This document shows, piece after piece, positions 24,435 to 36,835 of a stretch of DNA of 64,000 nt. Made by a program: the position numbers and the translations under genes. The notes beneath the pieces were generated by a model. The model did not search any database. It was given only the letters and a program-made list of their open reading frames with translations, and was not told where the DNA came from. The stretch is from Macrostomum lignano (Eukaryota): positions 19,868 through 83,867 of the forward strand of contig NIVC01001094.1 in NCBI GenBank assembly GCA_002269645.1. Reading direction: 5' to 3'. How positions within the stretch are numbered: position 1 is the stretch's first letter; each line of letters starts with the position of its first letter.

Positions 24435-25024
24435 GCAACACTAGACTTTTGGGAGCACAAAAAATGTCTATAGAAAAATTGTCTACCAAGATTTGCCTGT
24501 CAAGATTTGCTAGCAAGCAAATTGGCTGCTGAGTTTTTTCTTGCTGACGTTTGCCTGCAAAGCTTTTTTCCTATAGCATATTTAGCCACATGGAAGAGTA
24601 GTAAGCTTTAATAAAAACATTTATCCAATCAAAATTTTTTCATTGTAACTGCATATCAAATGAATATTTGGGGGGATTTACTTGTAGGCAAATTTCACTA
24701 TAAGCAAATTGCATTTTGGGCAAATCTCCATGGGCAGAAGTGTAGGTATGCATTCAAATTTTTTTATCCAAATTCTTTGCTAAATAAATAAATAAATAAC
24801 ATTAGCCGCTATTGCATATAGTATAGATAATATAAAATATGTTTATACTTTACCAAACTAAATCCATATACTAAAAATGGTTTGTTGTAAATTACTAAAT
24901 TAGAAAGTTTTCACTTTTTGTTTGTTCTCCCATTTGCTTTGGCTTTGCATTTTTACTTTTTTGCTTTAAAAAATCATGGGTTCTTTATAATTTTTTTAAT
25001 TTATAATATAGCTATTAAATAGGG

Positions 25025-25385
25025 GTATTGCCATGGATTTTTTTGGTAGGGGGGGGGGACAAAATCAAGAATCCAACATGTACATGAGTAATTCTTACAT
25101 TTCCATTTTTTGAAAAATGTGTTGTCAGTGCTCATTTTGGCATTGCAAATACTCACTTTAGTGTTATGAGCATTCCTTTTGGTGCCTCAGGCATTCCTTT
25201 TAGTGCCAAAGGTACTCATTTTGGTGCCAAAGGGCAAAGGCGCTATATTTTGGCACCTTAAAAAATAATTGATTACCACAATGGGTGACAGGATGGGTTG
25301 GGAGAGGGCAAAGCATTGGCATGTCCCCCCATAGCTTTTACTAGGGGGGGAGGGAGGACATGCCCCCCAGTGGAAATGCACCTAA
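25025..25385. repeat. Dispersed repeat family, related copies ~32530-32700 and ~44110-44335
   Basis: Shared CACTCATTTTGG..AGGCGCTATATTTTG..CAAAGCATTGGCATG(T/G)CCCC. Confidence 0.6.
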
Positions 25386-26675
25386 CTATAAGAAAAATTA
25401 GAATAAAGAGATTTGATCATTGCAGCTTGTAGCTATAGAGATGGCATGGTAAAATTTTGTATGGCTATGACTATACAGATATAGTGGTAGAATACTAGTA
25501 ATTATCCCCTTTCCTCTTTCTTCTAGTTATACCACTGCAGTCTTTTATGTTCATGATAAAATTAACAATTGTCATAAACTTATAAAAAAACTTTCAAAAA
25601 TGCTAAGAATTATATCAAATATTAGCAAAATGCTTCTATTAATTACTGGATCAAGGGCCCTATTGGAATAAGTTTAAAAAACCCATAGATGTGCTTCACT
25701 GATGCAAAAAAAGTAGCTCAAATGCCAATATACAAGACAAGAATATTAAAATGTGCAATGCACTGCAAAAAATTACAATTTGAAAATTATGTAGCATGGT
25801 GGAAAACAAAAGAAAACAACCAATATAAAACCAGGAAAATGAAGTAAATGTGTAAAGTAAACTCTATACTCAAAGTCTTATACTATAACTGTGTTATTCC
25901 TGTAATTTTGCACACACCAAGCTTAGAAGTGCTGCTACCAATCAACTGCAACATGCAATACTGCTCTTCAATGTGACACGACACTGTCTTTCTTTACTCC
26001 AATGTGACCCTGAAAATATTGAAAATGCAATTGACAGCCATCTGCAATAAAGATCAAGCCATGAATTCCAGCATTGGCATGAATTTTAAGAATTAATTGC
26101 ATTTTGTTGTAAAATATGTTATTACTTATTACTTGTTAATCAGACTTGTTTTTCCACATTTCAATAAAACATTTTTATGTAAGTCACATTAAAAAATAGT
26201 TCATGTATGGTATGCAGACTATCATTCCTCAAAAAAATTCTGATGCACACTGCCACCTTAACTACAGAAAGTAGGATAAGATCTTAATCCTGATACCATT
26301 CTTTATTCTATCTTTAAATATTGTTATAAATTAGATAATGATTTTTAGGATATAGTAGGATATCCTAGATATCAGTGAATCTTAAATTATACTCCTGATT
26401 GCATGATAAACTTTTAAATTTTATCTTCTACTAATGAGATTTTCATAGTGTATCCAAATATCCTTGATTACTAGATTTTGATGTATGCTTTTTGGTATCT
26501 TACTAAGTTAGTTTTAGTATGTAGTTTCACAAGATCAAACCATTTTTATAGTTAAACTCTTTAATCTGTTTCTTACTATTTAAGTGGTAGGAGCATGCTT
26601 AGTACAATTTTAATTTGATGATTTGGCAATTTTTTAATTCTACATTTGTTTCAGACTTGCAAATTTACCATCGCC

Positions 26676-27955
26676 ATGTCTTTGTCAAAAACAATGGCTT
26701 GCAACATTTCTCGTCGTATGTACTCAGCAGTGCAGAGCACAACTCAAGTGCCTCAGCAGGCTGCAACTGAAAGAACTGCAGATCCGCTGACTGACAGGTT
26801 CAAGCGACGACACACATACTTACGCATCTCGCTTGCCGAAAAGTGTAACTTGCGATGTAAGTGATTCTCTTTGCTTCTTGCTTCTTTTTTCCTTTTGCCC
26901 ACAATGCATTTTAACGAATTTCATGCGTATCTATAAAATTGCAGGCCAGTACTGCATGCCGGCCGAAGGTGTCTCGCTAACACCATCTAAGTCACTACTG
27001 ACTAGCACTGAGATTTCCCGTCTAGCGCGCGCATTCGTTAGCTGGGGTGTGCGCAAGGTGCGCCTCACTGGCGGCGAGCCGCTCCTGCGCGCCGACCTAT
27101 TGGACATTGTTGCCGGATTGAATGAGCTAAGGTCGCAGGGCCTGCAGTCAATCGGCATAACAACTAATGGCATTTTGCTCCAGCGCCAGGCCCGGGCGCT
27201 CCGACAGGCCGGCTTAGATGCCTTGAACGTCAGCTGCGACACCTTGGTCCCCGGCAAGTTCGAGTTGGTCACTAGGCGGCGCGGCTGGGACCGCGTCTGG
27301 TCAGGCGTGCGGCACGCTCTCGACAGCGGCTTTCCCATTGTGAAGATCAACTGCGTTGCTATGCGCGGCTTTAACGATGATGAATTAGTTGATTTTGTCC
27401 GTCTCACTCTGGACCATGCCTACGATGTACGCTTCATTGAGTACATGCCATTCGATGGCAACCGGTGGAGCACCAGGAAGATGCTGCCCTACGCTGAAAT
27501 GCTGGACAGAATTCGTGTTGAATTTCCTAACATCGAGCGCCTGCCAGACGAGCCCAACCACGTGTCCAAAGCGTGGAAAGTGCCCGGCGCTAGGGGCCGT
27601 GTCGGCTTCATCTCTAGCATGACGCAGCATTTTTGCGCAGTGTGCAACAGGGTTCGAGTCACGGCCGATGGCAATTTTAAAGTGTGCCTCCACGGCGGCA
27701 GCGAAGTCAGTCTGCGCGACGCGATACGGTCCGGCGCCACTGACGATGAGCTGAAGCAGATCGTGTCCGATTCTCTGCAGCGTAAGAAAGCTCAGCATGC
27801 CGGTAAGTAAATCTGTTCTTTATGTCGCTTTCAATTTAGCACTACTCTAAGTAGTTCGTGCTGCACCATATTAGTCGACTATCTTAAAACAAATTTTAGG
27901 AATGGAGACTCTGTCCAAACTCAAGAACCGACCGATGATTCTTATTGGTGGCTGA
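26676..27955 (+). CDS. MOCS1: MOCS1A / MoaA GTP 3',8-cyclase (radical SAM; molybdenum cofactor biosynthesis)
   Basis: Exons 26676-26856, 26945-27802, 27900-27955. CX3CX2C (CNLRC|QYC) is split by intron 1; GGEPLLR, RFIEYMP, CX2CX13C (FCAVCNRVR..KVCL); C-terminal NRPMILIGG*. AATAAA at 27991. Confidence 0.96.
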
Positions 27956-28948
27956 TATCCATCTTCTTTGAACTTATTGAAAGATTTTTAAATAAATCGT
28001 GCTACTACCCAGATTACACCGTCCATTCCAATTTTGCTATTTTCCCTAGACCGCCTTGCGTAAACATCTTTGAGTTCTATTACAAGATGTGTATTTTATA
28101 CTGCGATGCAGATTGTACAGTTCTACTATAGCATGTCATTAACAGGCCTCAATTCTCTGTTAAACACCAATTTTTTATACAAACAACCGACGAAAGCAGA
28201 TAATCACGTCTTTCTTATAAATACTTTGTTATGAATATATTTTCCTGTACTATTCAAATTGCCTGTTTCAAATCGAACGAAGCATACACATCTGGGCCCT
28301 AATAACAAAAACAATATTTATCACTCTGCATGACAGGCTGGTTACTTCGCGCCTTTTATACAGTAAATTTACCTTTCGAGCTTGATTTATATCGTATCAG
28401 TGATTTGTAGCTATTTAATGAATATTTGATTGTCTTTAACAATTACCATATTAATTAGACATATTTATTTACTTTTTTTACATTCTTCCCTGCGACATTT
28501 TTGTCGCTAGTGCTATTAGATTAGCTCTCGATTTTAAAGTTCTTATTAATTATTCTTCTATCAGTAGCATATCTCTGCAATTCGTTTTGACTTCTTCTTT
28601 CTCCGATTTTTTGCTACTCAAATATTGGTTTCTGCCTGTTATGTAGATTTTATCAAGGATCGCTGCAGTACAATATAAAAGGCACAAGACTCAAAGATCG
28701 TGTAATTTATTGAAGGCCAATTTCCTGGAATAAATACACAGCGGAGATAAGATAAAATCTTTTTTTATATAGTTGTGTAGTGAAAGTTTCATGTTGTTTT
28801 ATTTTTATTTCATAAGCCCATAGTTGTATGCACTAACTGCGTGTGCATGTGTGTAGGAAGTAATATGCATTAAATGCATTAAACTGGAATTGTACCTGCA
28901 ATTATTTCTTATGAGCACCTGAATTCAAACATTTTTTACAAATATACT

Positions 28949-29116
28949 CATGCTTGGGCGCAACCTAGGGATTCACCCGGCCTTTTCTATTGTCAACACA
29001 CATGGAAGTCGCTATTGGACGGAATAGTAGTCACGTGACTGCTCTCAGCCAATAGCGACTTACGTGTGTGTTGCCAATAGAAACGGCCGAGTGATTCCCA
29101 AGGTTGCGCATGTATG
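28949..29116. mobile_element. hAT-type foldback MITE, copy 2
   Basis: Homologous to 24265-24434; the TSD is degenerate here. Confidence 0.75.
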
Positions 29117-29651
29117 ATTATATACTTGATTCAAGATCACTTGTGAGTAGCTAGTGTTACAACTTTGGGCTTATGAAATGAAAAGAAAAATAATACGAGA
29201 ATGAAACTGTATTGTATTGTACAACTATTTAAATAAAACAGTAACATGTAAAGCATGTTAAATTAAACAAATTGTAATCTTCACTGACCCAGATCAAATG
29301 CAATCATTTTGTGATGAAAGAATAATTGCTTTCTGTCTCCGCAGTGTATTTTTTCAGGAAATTGGCCTCCAAAATGACACGATCTTTGACTTGCAGGTTG
29401 CAGGTCATGTTATTCTACAGTGGTTGGATTTTATTCAGACTAATTAAATAAATGATCAGAATATTTCTTCACTATAGTTACCAGCATATTTGTTTTTCTG
29501 TGTCAAGTTTATTTAGTTCCGCGTAGAAACAACGTTTTTTTAATTTGTGTTTGCTCAAAAATTTTATGCGTGAAATTTCACTACCGATTTCAGAGAAGTT
29601 GTTGAGCCAGACAAATCCCACCCTACATCAAATTCCGACATAATTTCAACA

Positions 29652-30089
29652 ATGGGCGATTGCTACAACTGCGGCAAGCCGGGACATTTCTCGCGCGAGT
29701 GCCCCCAGGGAGGCGGCGGCGGCGGCGGTCGCGGTGGCCGCGGCGGCGGCGGTGGCGGTGGCGGCTCGTGCTACAACTGCGGCCAGCCCGGCCACTTGGC
29801 CAGGGACTGTCCTGATGGTGGCAGCCGCGATGGCGGCCGCGGCGGCGGTTTCGGTGGCGGCCGCGGCGGCGGCTTCGGAGGTGGCCGCGGCGGTGGCTTC
29901 GGAGGTGGCGGCTACGGCGGCGGCCGGGGTGGCGGCTTCGGTGGCGGTGGTGGCGGCGGCGGCAGTCGCTGCTACCGTTGCAACGAGGTCGGCCACATGG
30001 CGCGCGACTGCAGCCAGCCGCAGGCCGAGATGACCTGCTACCGCTGCAACAAGCCCGGTCACATGGCCCGCGACTGCCAGGAGGCTTGA
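29652..30089 (+). CDS. CNBP: CNBP/GIS2-like protein, copy 1 (4 CCHC zinc knuckles + RGG/GGF linker, 145 aa)
   Basis: Four CX2CX4HX4C motifs; intronless CDS; acceptor-like TTTCAG ending 29593 upstream. Confidence 0.85.
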   Translation: MGDCYNCGKPGHFSRECPQGGGGGGGRGGRGGGGGGGGSCYNCGQPGHLARDCPDGGSRDGGRGGGFGGGRGGGFGGGRGGGFGGGGYGGGRGGGFGGGGGGGGSRCYRCNEVGHMARDCSQPQAEMTCYRCNKPGHMARDCQEA

Positions 30090-31000
30090 TTGCCTGGCAA
30101 TTGTTCGGATCTGAGTGGCAAATGTATCCCGTTTGTTTTGCCCGCTGCTCTGGCCGTGCGTTCTTTAACTATTTATGCAGTTCGTGTTTGTTGTTCCAAA
30201 CCTTCTGGGCATTTAAATGTACCATGAAGTGTAATTTATCCAACAGCAGTAGTCTCGTGTTGCTTTAGCCCTTCGAATTGAATCGTTTCGTAAAATGTTG
30301 AGCTGGAAAGTAGAATACTTCAATATGAATAGAATGTTCCTAAATTGATCTGTCACCAGTCGCCACACAAGCATTAGTTGCGCGTAATATTAAAATAATA
30401 CAAGATCAAAAGTTTCGTGCGAATACTTCGAGGGGTTATTGCTGTCTATCTATTTTTTGGCACCTGCGTGTGCAGTTACCGGTGGTCTCGACAATAGTAT
30501 TTTTTGTCCTGTCCCGTTCGATCAGGTATCTACTAATGCAAGTAGTAGAATCAGGTCGACTCTAGCTGCATTTACGGAAGGGTCAGTGCATTGATAATAA
30601 AATTGGAAAAATCAAGAAAAATTATAAAACCTGTTTGCATAAATTGTGCGTCGTTAGCCGTTATAATTTCTTTTATATTTGCCTAGATTAAGTAGTCACG
30701 GATGTTTAATAGCTCTACTTTTAAATTGGTCAGTTTTTATCCGCTTCATTCAATAGAAAAATAAAACTACAAAGGAATCAATCAGATTTTTTATAGAATT
30801 TAGCTGGCGAGTCTCTTCTATTGTATATTATTGTAGAATATTATAAAGCCAATTTATGTCAATAAAATGCATATTAATATTTCCTATCTTCCAGTGGTGT
30901 GTGAAGGCGTTGAGGCTAGCAGAGTGATAAGTGGTTGCTTCAGTTCTAAAAGAGTTTTCCATCTTTCGAGAGCTTCGTGCTAACATCTATTGACAATAAA

Positions 31001-31453
31001 ATGGGCGATTGCTACAACTGCGGCAAGCCGGGACATTTCTCGCGCGAGTGCCCCCAGGGAGGCGGCGGCGGCGGCGGTCGCGGTGGCCGCGGCGGCGGCG
31101 GCGGCGGTGGCGGCTCGTGCTACAACTGCGGCCAGCCCGGCCACTTGGCCAGGGACTGTCCTGATGGTGGCAGCCGCGATGGCGGCTTCGGAGGCGGCCG
31201 CGGCGGCGGTTTCGGTGGCGGCCGCGGCGGCGGCGGCTTCGGAGGTGGCCGCGGCGGTGGCTTCGGAGGTGGCGGCTACGGCGGCGGCCGGGGTGGCGGC
31301 TTCGGTGGCGGTGGTGGCGGCGGCGGCAGTCGCTGCTACCGTTGCAACGAGGTCGGCCACATGGCGCGCGACTGCAGCCAGCCGCAGGCCGAGATGACCT
31401 GCTACCGCTGCAACAAGCCCGGTCACATGGCCCGCGACTGCCAGGAGGCTTAA
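31001..31453 (+). CDS. CNBP: CNBP/GIS2-like protein, copy 2 (150 aa)
   Basis: Same four knuckles; true ATG at 31001 (the track ORF starts at an upstream GTG); acceptor-like TCTTCCAG ending 30894. Confidence 0.85.
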   Translation: MGDCYNCGKPGHFSRECPQGGGGGGGRGGRGGGGGGGGSCYNCGQPGHLARDCPDGGSRDGGFGGGRGGGFGGGRGGGGFGGGRGGGFGGGGYGGGRGGGFGGGGGGGGSRCYRCNEVGHMARDCSQPQAEMTCYRCNKPGHMARDCQEA

Positions 31454-33298
31454 GCAACCTACCTATGCTGGCTAGATAAGACGCCTTCAGTTTGTATTGA
31501 GTCAAGCGGAGTCCGTCTAGTTTCTAAACTGGGTTTACGAGTACTTTATATATAATATTTGGTGTTAAGTTGTGTTCATATCTTTAGGGATAATCGGCTC
31601 ATCGATTAACAACTTTGAGTAGGAATCGCGTGGTGTTCTATTCTCCTGTTAACAAGTCAGCATTCCGTACGAGCTAGAATACAATCGATAAGTTACGTGT
31701 GCAATGAAGGCGCATTGTACGCCTCAGAAAAGTGCAAAGAAATTTTCACGGTCAGTGGACGTAATGAAATTCTGCTTCTTTAAAAAAAAAAATAAAGCGA
31801 CTTGTCTATGTTATTTTTAACACATTTAATGCTTCCACAGCCTAGCGTTCAGCCATCATTTCTGGCAAGACCCTAAACATCGGCAGTCGGAGCTGTAGTT
31901 ACGTGCATCTGGCACTGAACAAGTGTACACGGGTGTACACTTCTCACAGGTTGTTGAGCAGCCCTATATGGTGATTTCTTGTGGTCCAACATGCACCGAA
32001 GTTGTGCACGGAATCGAATTCAAGAGAAGAATTGCCTGTACCTTCCAGGAACAAACTAGAACACTAGTAGTCAAGTGCGATACCTGATCTTGTCTTCCAT
32101 CTTTGCCCTGCTAATGATATGCTTATCTCTTGATCCTCTATACCTCAGCTTCCGGCCGGGCATGTTAAGCTTCATGATTACGAATTGTAGCGAGGAGTGC
32201 AGAGTCTGGCTGTAGCAGTTTCTCAGGCACAGCTGCCCTGATTCTAAACTGACGTTTGTTTTACGAGTCGTGCATCACTAGCTTTTGGTTGTTTAGCGAG
32301 GCACTAATGTACAATGCATGCATCTTAGCATGATTAACTGCTCTCACCTTGCACTAAATGCCATGATTATATTGAGAATTGAGTGCGAATATGCAGGCTT
32401 GCAGTGAAGCCAACCTGACAAGTTTCCAGTTCACTCAACTCTATTGTTTTCCTGCGCAGCGATACAAAAGCTCTGAATACATTATTCGTTGGAAATAGCT
32501 TAGTAAAGTGTACATTCTTTTCAGAATCGGTGTTGGCACCGCCAGCACTCATTTTGGTTCCCGCAGGCGCTATATTTTGTCGTCCCGAAGCAAAATTATT
32601 GATTTCCAAAACGGGTCACAAGGTTGGGTGGGTGACAAAGCGTTGGCATGGCCCCATAGCTTTTACTGGGGGGGGGGGGTGTGGCATGTCATTGTCACCC
32701 CGGTGTCAACGCGAGTCATCAGATCAGATGGCTACACGGAGAGCTTTATATTACGTGATATGGAAGCATTCAGCAATTGGATTCACGTACTCATGTTGAC
32801 CCTGATGCATGCTGCTGCTCATGGATCCTACAATTCATTTCCTGCTGGTACTTGGAACTATAAACAAGAGCTAGAGATATCAATATTTCAAGTTCTACAT
32901 GTAATTCACTTTGGTCTTTACACCTAGAGCGTATTGCACAAGTTATGAACAAGCAGGACCGCTATTTTGTACTCGCCAACCCGTGTGATTTTCACTGCAT
33001 GGATCGAGGCCCGAAGTTTTCGATACAAAACGCATGCATTGCATGTACAAGTATAGCGAGATAGGAAACTTTTCTGTTCAGTTTAAGCGCCTGCCCTTAC
33101 AGGTGATACAGATATATTTGTCAATGCTAAAAATCTAAAAACCTGAGCTGGCAAATGTTTTATGATTTTCAAGTGTTGATAGATATCGTAGCACGAAACA
33201 AATTTCATGTATCCTCAGTTTGAACTTCTCATGGCTGTCACTTGTACTCGTATGAACGGCCATGCCAGGCATTGCAGAATGGCAAATGGTCAGCACGA

Positions 33299-35895
33299 TC
33301 ACAGCTGGCTATCTTGCTGTAGAACCGGACTGTCGCCCGCTGTCCGCATCGGCGTCTGCAGCGACATCGGCCTGTGCTCTCCCCGGCGCGGGTCATCCCT
33401 GCTTGTCGGCTGGTCCGACAAGCGTCGGCACTGGCGGCAGCAGCACCGGGGCAACAGCAGGTCCCGCAGCTCGCAGCGCAGGCTCTCGTTGAAGAAGCCG
33501 TACAGCAGCGGGTTGGCGCACGCCGAGGCCAGCACAGCCAGCAGGCAGAGGCTCTGAGCGGCGAGGGCGGAGAAGCCCAGATCCGCCTGGGCCACGCGGC
33601 CCTCGGCCTCGGAAAAGCTGACCTCATCATGCCGCAGGTCGATCTGCCAGTGCTTCACGTCGTGTAGCAAGTTGGAGAGGGACAGCGGCAGCCAGGACAG
33701 TCCAAACAGCAGGGCCACACCTCCCAGTAGGCAGTTGGCTCGGCGCCTGCGGCGGCTTTCCACCTGTTGGCGCATCTGTTGCAGCGGCGTCAGCGAGCAG
33801 GCGCAGCGGCTACTCGTCAGCCGACGGCTCAGGCGGCCGCGAATCCGAGCGAAGGCCTGCAGTAGAGCGACGAGTAACGCGGCGTACTGCAGGCACAGGC
33901 TGGCGCAGCTGTAGGCCACCTTCAGCAGCCGGTCTGCGGAGCTGCCGGCCCGCTCGGCGCAGATCTCGCGCCGGCCGCCGCTCAGCCAGGTGGCGTCATC
34001 GGCCAGTTCGGCGAACCAAAGCAGCGGGCTGGCGGCCACGGCCGCTGCCACCCAGATGGCCGGCAGGACGAGGCGGCTGCGCCGGCTGGCCGGCTGGCTG
34101 GGTCCGGGCTGCAGCACCACCTGCACCAGCCAATGATTTGCTGCTCAATTTGAGCTTTGTGAACGCATGAGCTTACCTGACCATCAGGTACTGGCACTCT
34201 CCCTTCCCCATGACCATCGGGTACTGGCACTCTCCCTTCCCCATGACCATCGGGTACTGGCACTCCCCCTTCCCCCATGACTATCGGGTACTGGCACTCC
34301 CCCTTCCCCATGACCATCGGGTACTGGCACTCCCCCTTCCCCATGACCATCAGGTACTGGCACTCCCCCTTCCCCATGACCATCAGGTACTGGCACTCTC
34401 CCTTCCCCATGACCATCGGGTACTGGCACTCCCCCTTCCCCATGACCATCGGGTACTGGTACTCTCCCTTCCCCATGACCATCGGGTACTGGCACTCCCC
34501 CTTCCCCATGACCATCGGGTACTGGCACTCCCCCTTCCCAATGACCATCGGGTACTGGCACTCTCCCTTCCCCATGACCATCGGGTACTGGCACTCTCCC
34601 TTCCCCATGACCATCGGGTACTGGCACTCCCCCTTCCCCATGACCATCGGGTACTGACACTCTCCCTTCCCCATGACCATCGGGTACTGGCACTCCCCCT
34701 TCCCAATGACCATCGGGTACTGGCACTCTCCCTTCCCCATGACCATCGGGTACTGGCACTCCCCCTTCCCCATGACCATCGGGTACTGACACTCTCCCTT
34801 TCCCATGACCATCGGGTACTGGCACTCCCCCTTCCCCCATGACCATCGGGTACTGGCACTCTCCATTCCCCATGACCATCGGGTACTGGCACTCCCCCTT
34901 CCCCATGACCATCAGGTACTGGCACTCCCCCTTCCCCATGACCATCAGGTACTGGCACTCCCCCTTCCCCCATGACTATCGGGTACTGGCACTCCCCCTT
35001 CCCCATGACCATCGGGTACTGACACTCTCCCTTTCCCATAACCATCGGGTACTGGCACTCCCCCTTCCCCCATGACTATCGGGTACTGGCACTCCCCCTT
35101 CCCCATGACAATCGGGTACTGGCACTCTCCCTTCCCCATGACCATCGGGTACTGGCACTCCCCCTTCCCCATGACCATCAGGTACTGTTACTCCCCCTTC
35201 CCCATGACCATCAGGTACTGGCACTCTCCCTTCCCCATGACCATCGGGTACTGGCACTCCCCCTTCCCCCATGACTATCGGGTACTGGCACTCCCCCTTC
35301 CCCCATGACCATGGGGTACTGACACTCTCCCTTTCCCATGACCATCGGGTACTGGCACTCCCCCTTCCCCCATGACCATCGGGAATGGCACTGGCACCAA
35401 GCTCACCTGGCACCTGTCCACAGCTATGGCTGCCACAGAGAAGGTGGACGCGAACAGGTTGAGCCCGGTGAGGCCGTTAACCAATTTGCACAATGCCAGG
35501 CCGCTCTCCCAGCCCAGCTCGGGAAACAGCAGGCGCCGAATGTTGCACGGCTGGGTCAGGGAGCACAGGACAAAGTCGGACACGGCCAGGTTCAGCACCA
35601 GCAGGTTGGTCATGGTTCGCATGCCCGGCCGGCGCCACACCGCCAGCACCAGTAGGGCATTGCCAGACGCTCCAAACGCCATGAGGCAGAGGAACGTAGC
35701 CAGCAGGGGCAGTCTCAGCTGGTGCAGCTCCTGCAGCCGCTCCCGCTCCGCCTGCCCGATCACCTGCTTGACAAAGCCGGTCTGGTTGCGGCACAGGTAG
35801 AACTGGAGCAGCGGCTGCACGTCAAACAGGCGGTTCTGCTGCAGGTGGTGCAGGCAGGCCGCGGCGCTCGAGTTCGGACTGCCTGAGGGCTCCAT
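33299..35895 (-). CDS. Class A neuropeptide GPCR of the NPY/NPF/PrRP receptor group
   Basis: Exon 1 35895-35407 (GNALLV, TNLLVLNLAVSD, AVDRCQ|gtgagc) joins in phase 0 to exon 2 34120-33299 (VVLQP, IWVAA, LSWLPL, CANPLLYGFFNESLR). Confidence 0.92.
34178..35392. repeat. Intronic minisatellite, 33-bp unit (ATGACCATCGGGTACTGGCACTCCCCCTTCCCC)
   Basis: Fills most of the GPCR intron; source of the MTIGYWHSPFP ORFs. Confidence 0.95.
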
Positions 35896-36835
35896 TCTTA
35901 CAGGAGATGGTTGTTGGATCTGCGTGTGAGGCTGGGCAAATTCGATTCCGAGTATCCAACAAGATTTACGATCGGATTATCCGACTTCAATCGCGCTCTT
36001 CCGTCTGCTTTAATTATTCCTAACCTGTGAATCCCTGGGGAGCGGTGCTCATTGAACTCGATTCGAGAAGATTATTTCCTTGAGCCCGTGAGATGCCGGA
36101 TGTTCTATTTGATGAGGAGCTGTGTATTAGAACAGAACAGAACAGAACAGAAATTTGAATATTTCTTTCAATACCTACCTGAGCTGAAGGCGGGTTTAAT
36201 ATTTTCTCAATTCGACAACATAATTTAATATGGTTCCTGCCGAGGGTTTCGCGCTCTTCTAGCTCCGCTGAGGATGGAGGAGAGAAGAGATGGGAGGGGA
36301 GAGGAGAGAGGAGACAGGAGAGAGGAGAGGAGATCGAGAGGAGAAGAGAGAGGGGATCTCTTCAATTCACGCCGTCTCGATCAGCCCTAGACAGGACGGG
36401 ACAGGAACTGCTCACCAATCCATCATCTACATGTAATTACGCTCAGACTTCTCAAACTTTCTCTAGAATGGAATTGTTTCTGGAGCGCAAGAACTACTCA
36501 GTTAATTAAGCGCAAGACCTGTCAGAGTCTAATTTCCTGACCTGGACAAAGTAACCTGACTATCAGCGGCGAAATCTGATTAAACCGCGGACTTGCCGCC
36601 TGGCGGCCCAGGTGAAGGGTTTCTGCCTGGCAAGCAGAATCAGTCAGCCAGTCCGTCCAGTTTCATCCTAAACTAGCTTCCTTTACACACTTCCCCTCAC
36701 GCTTCAAAGCAAACTGGGCATAGCCGAGGGGAAGCGCCTCGCCTTTCAGTGGCGAAAACAAGATTGCTACTGGGACTGCTCCTGAGACTAAGGTACTGAT
36801 CTAAGATGCATCAACCTCGAGGTTATCTGCAGCAT

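Larger units (their letters stand above)
20283..26110. mobile_element. Cluster of related decayed non-autonomous DNA elements (family A)
   Basis: Homologous blocks at 20283-20777, 21405-21500, 22660-23790, 23893-24450 and 25645-26110. Shared ends ACTCYRGATCAT(A/G)TAGTATA, CCCTATTGGAA(T/A)AAGTT and CACCTAGCATGATCCRGA. No transposase ORF. Confidence 0.65.

Noticed and set aside
29646-31505. Ala-rich antisense and alternate-frame ORFs over the CNBP genes
   Set aside because: Shadow ORFs of GGC-rich coding sequence.
33982-35413. MGKGECQYPMV / MTIGYWHSPFP repeat proteins
   Set aside because: Translations of the 33-bp intronic array of the GPCR.
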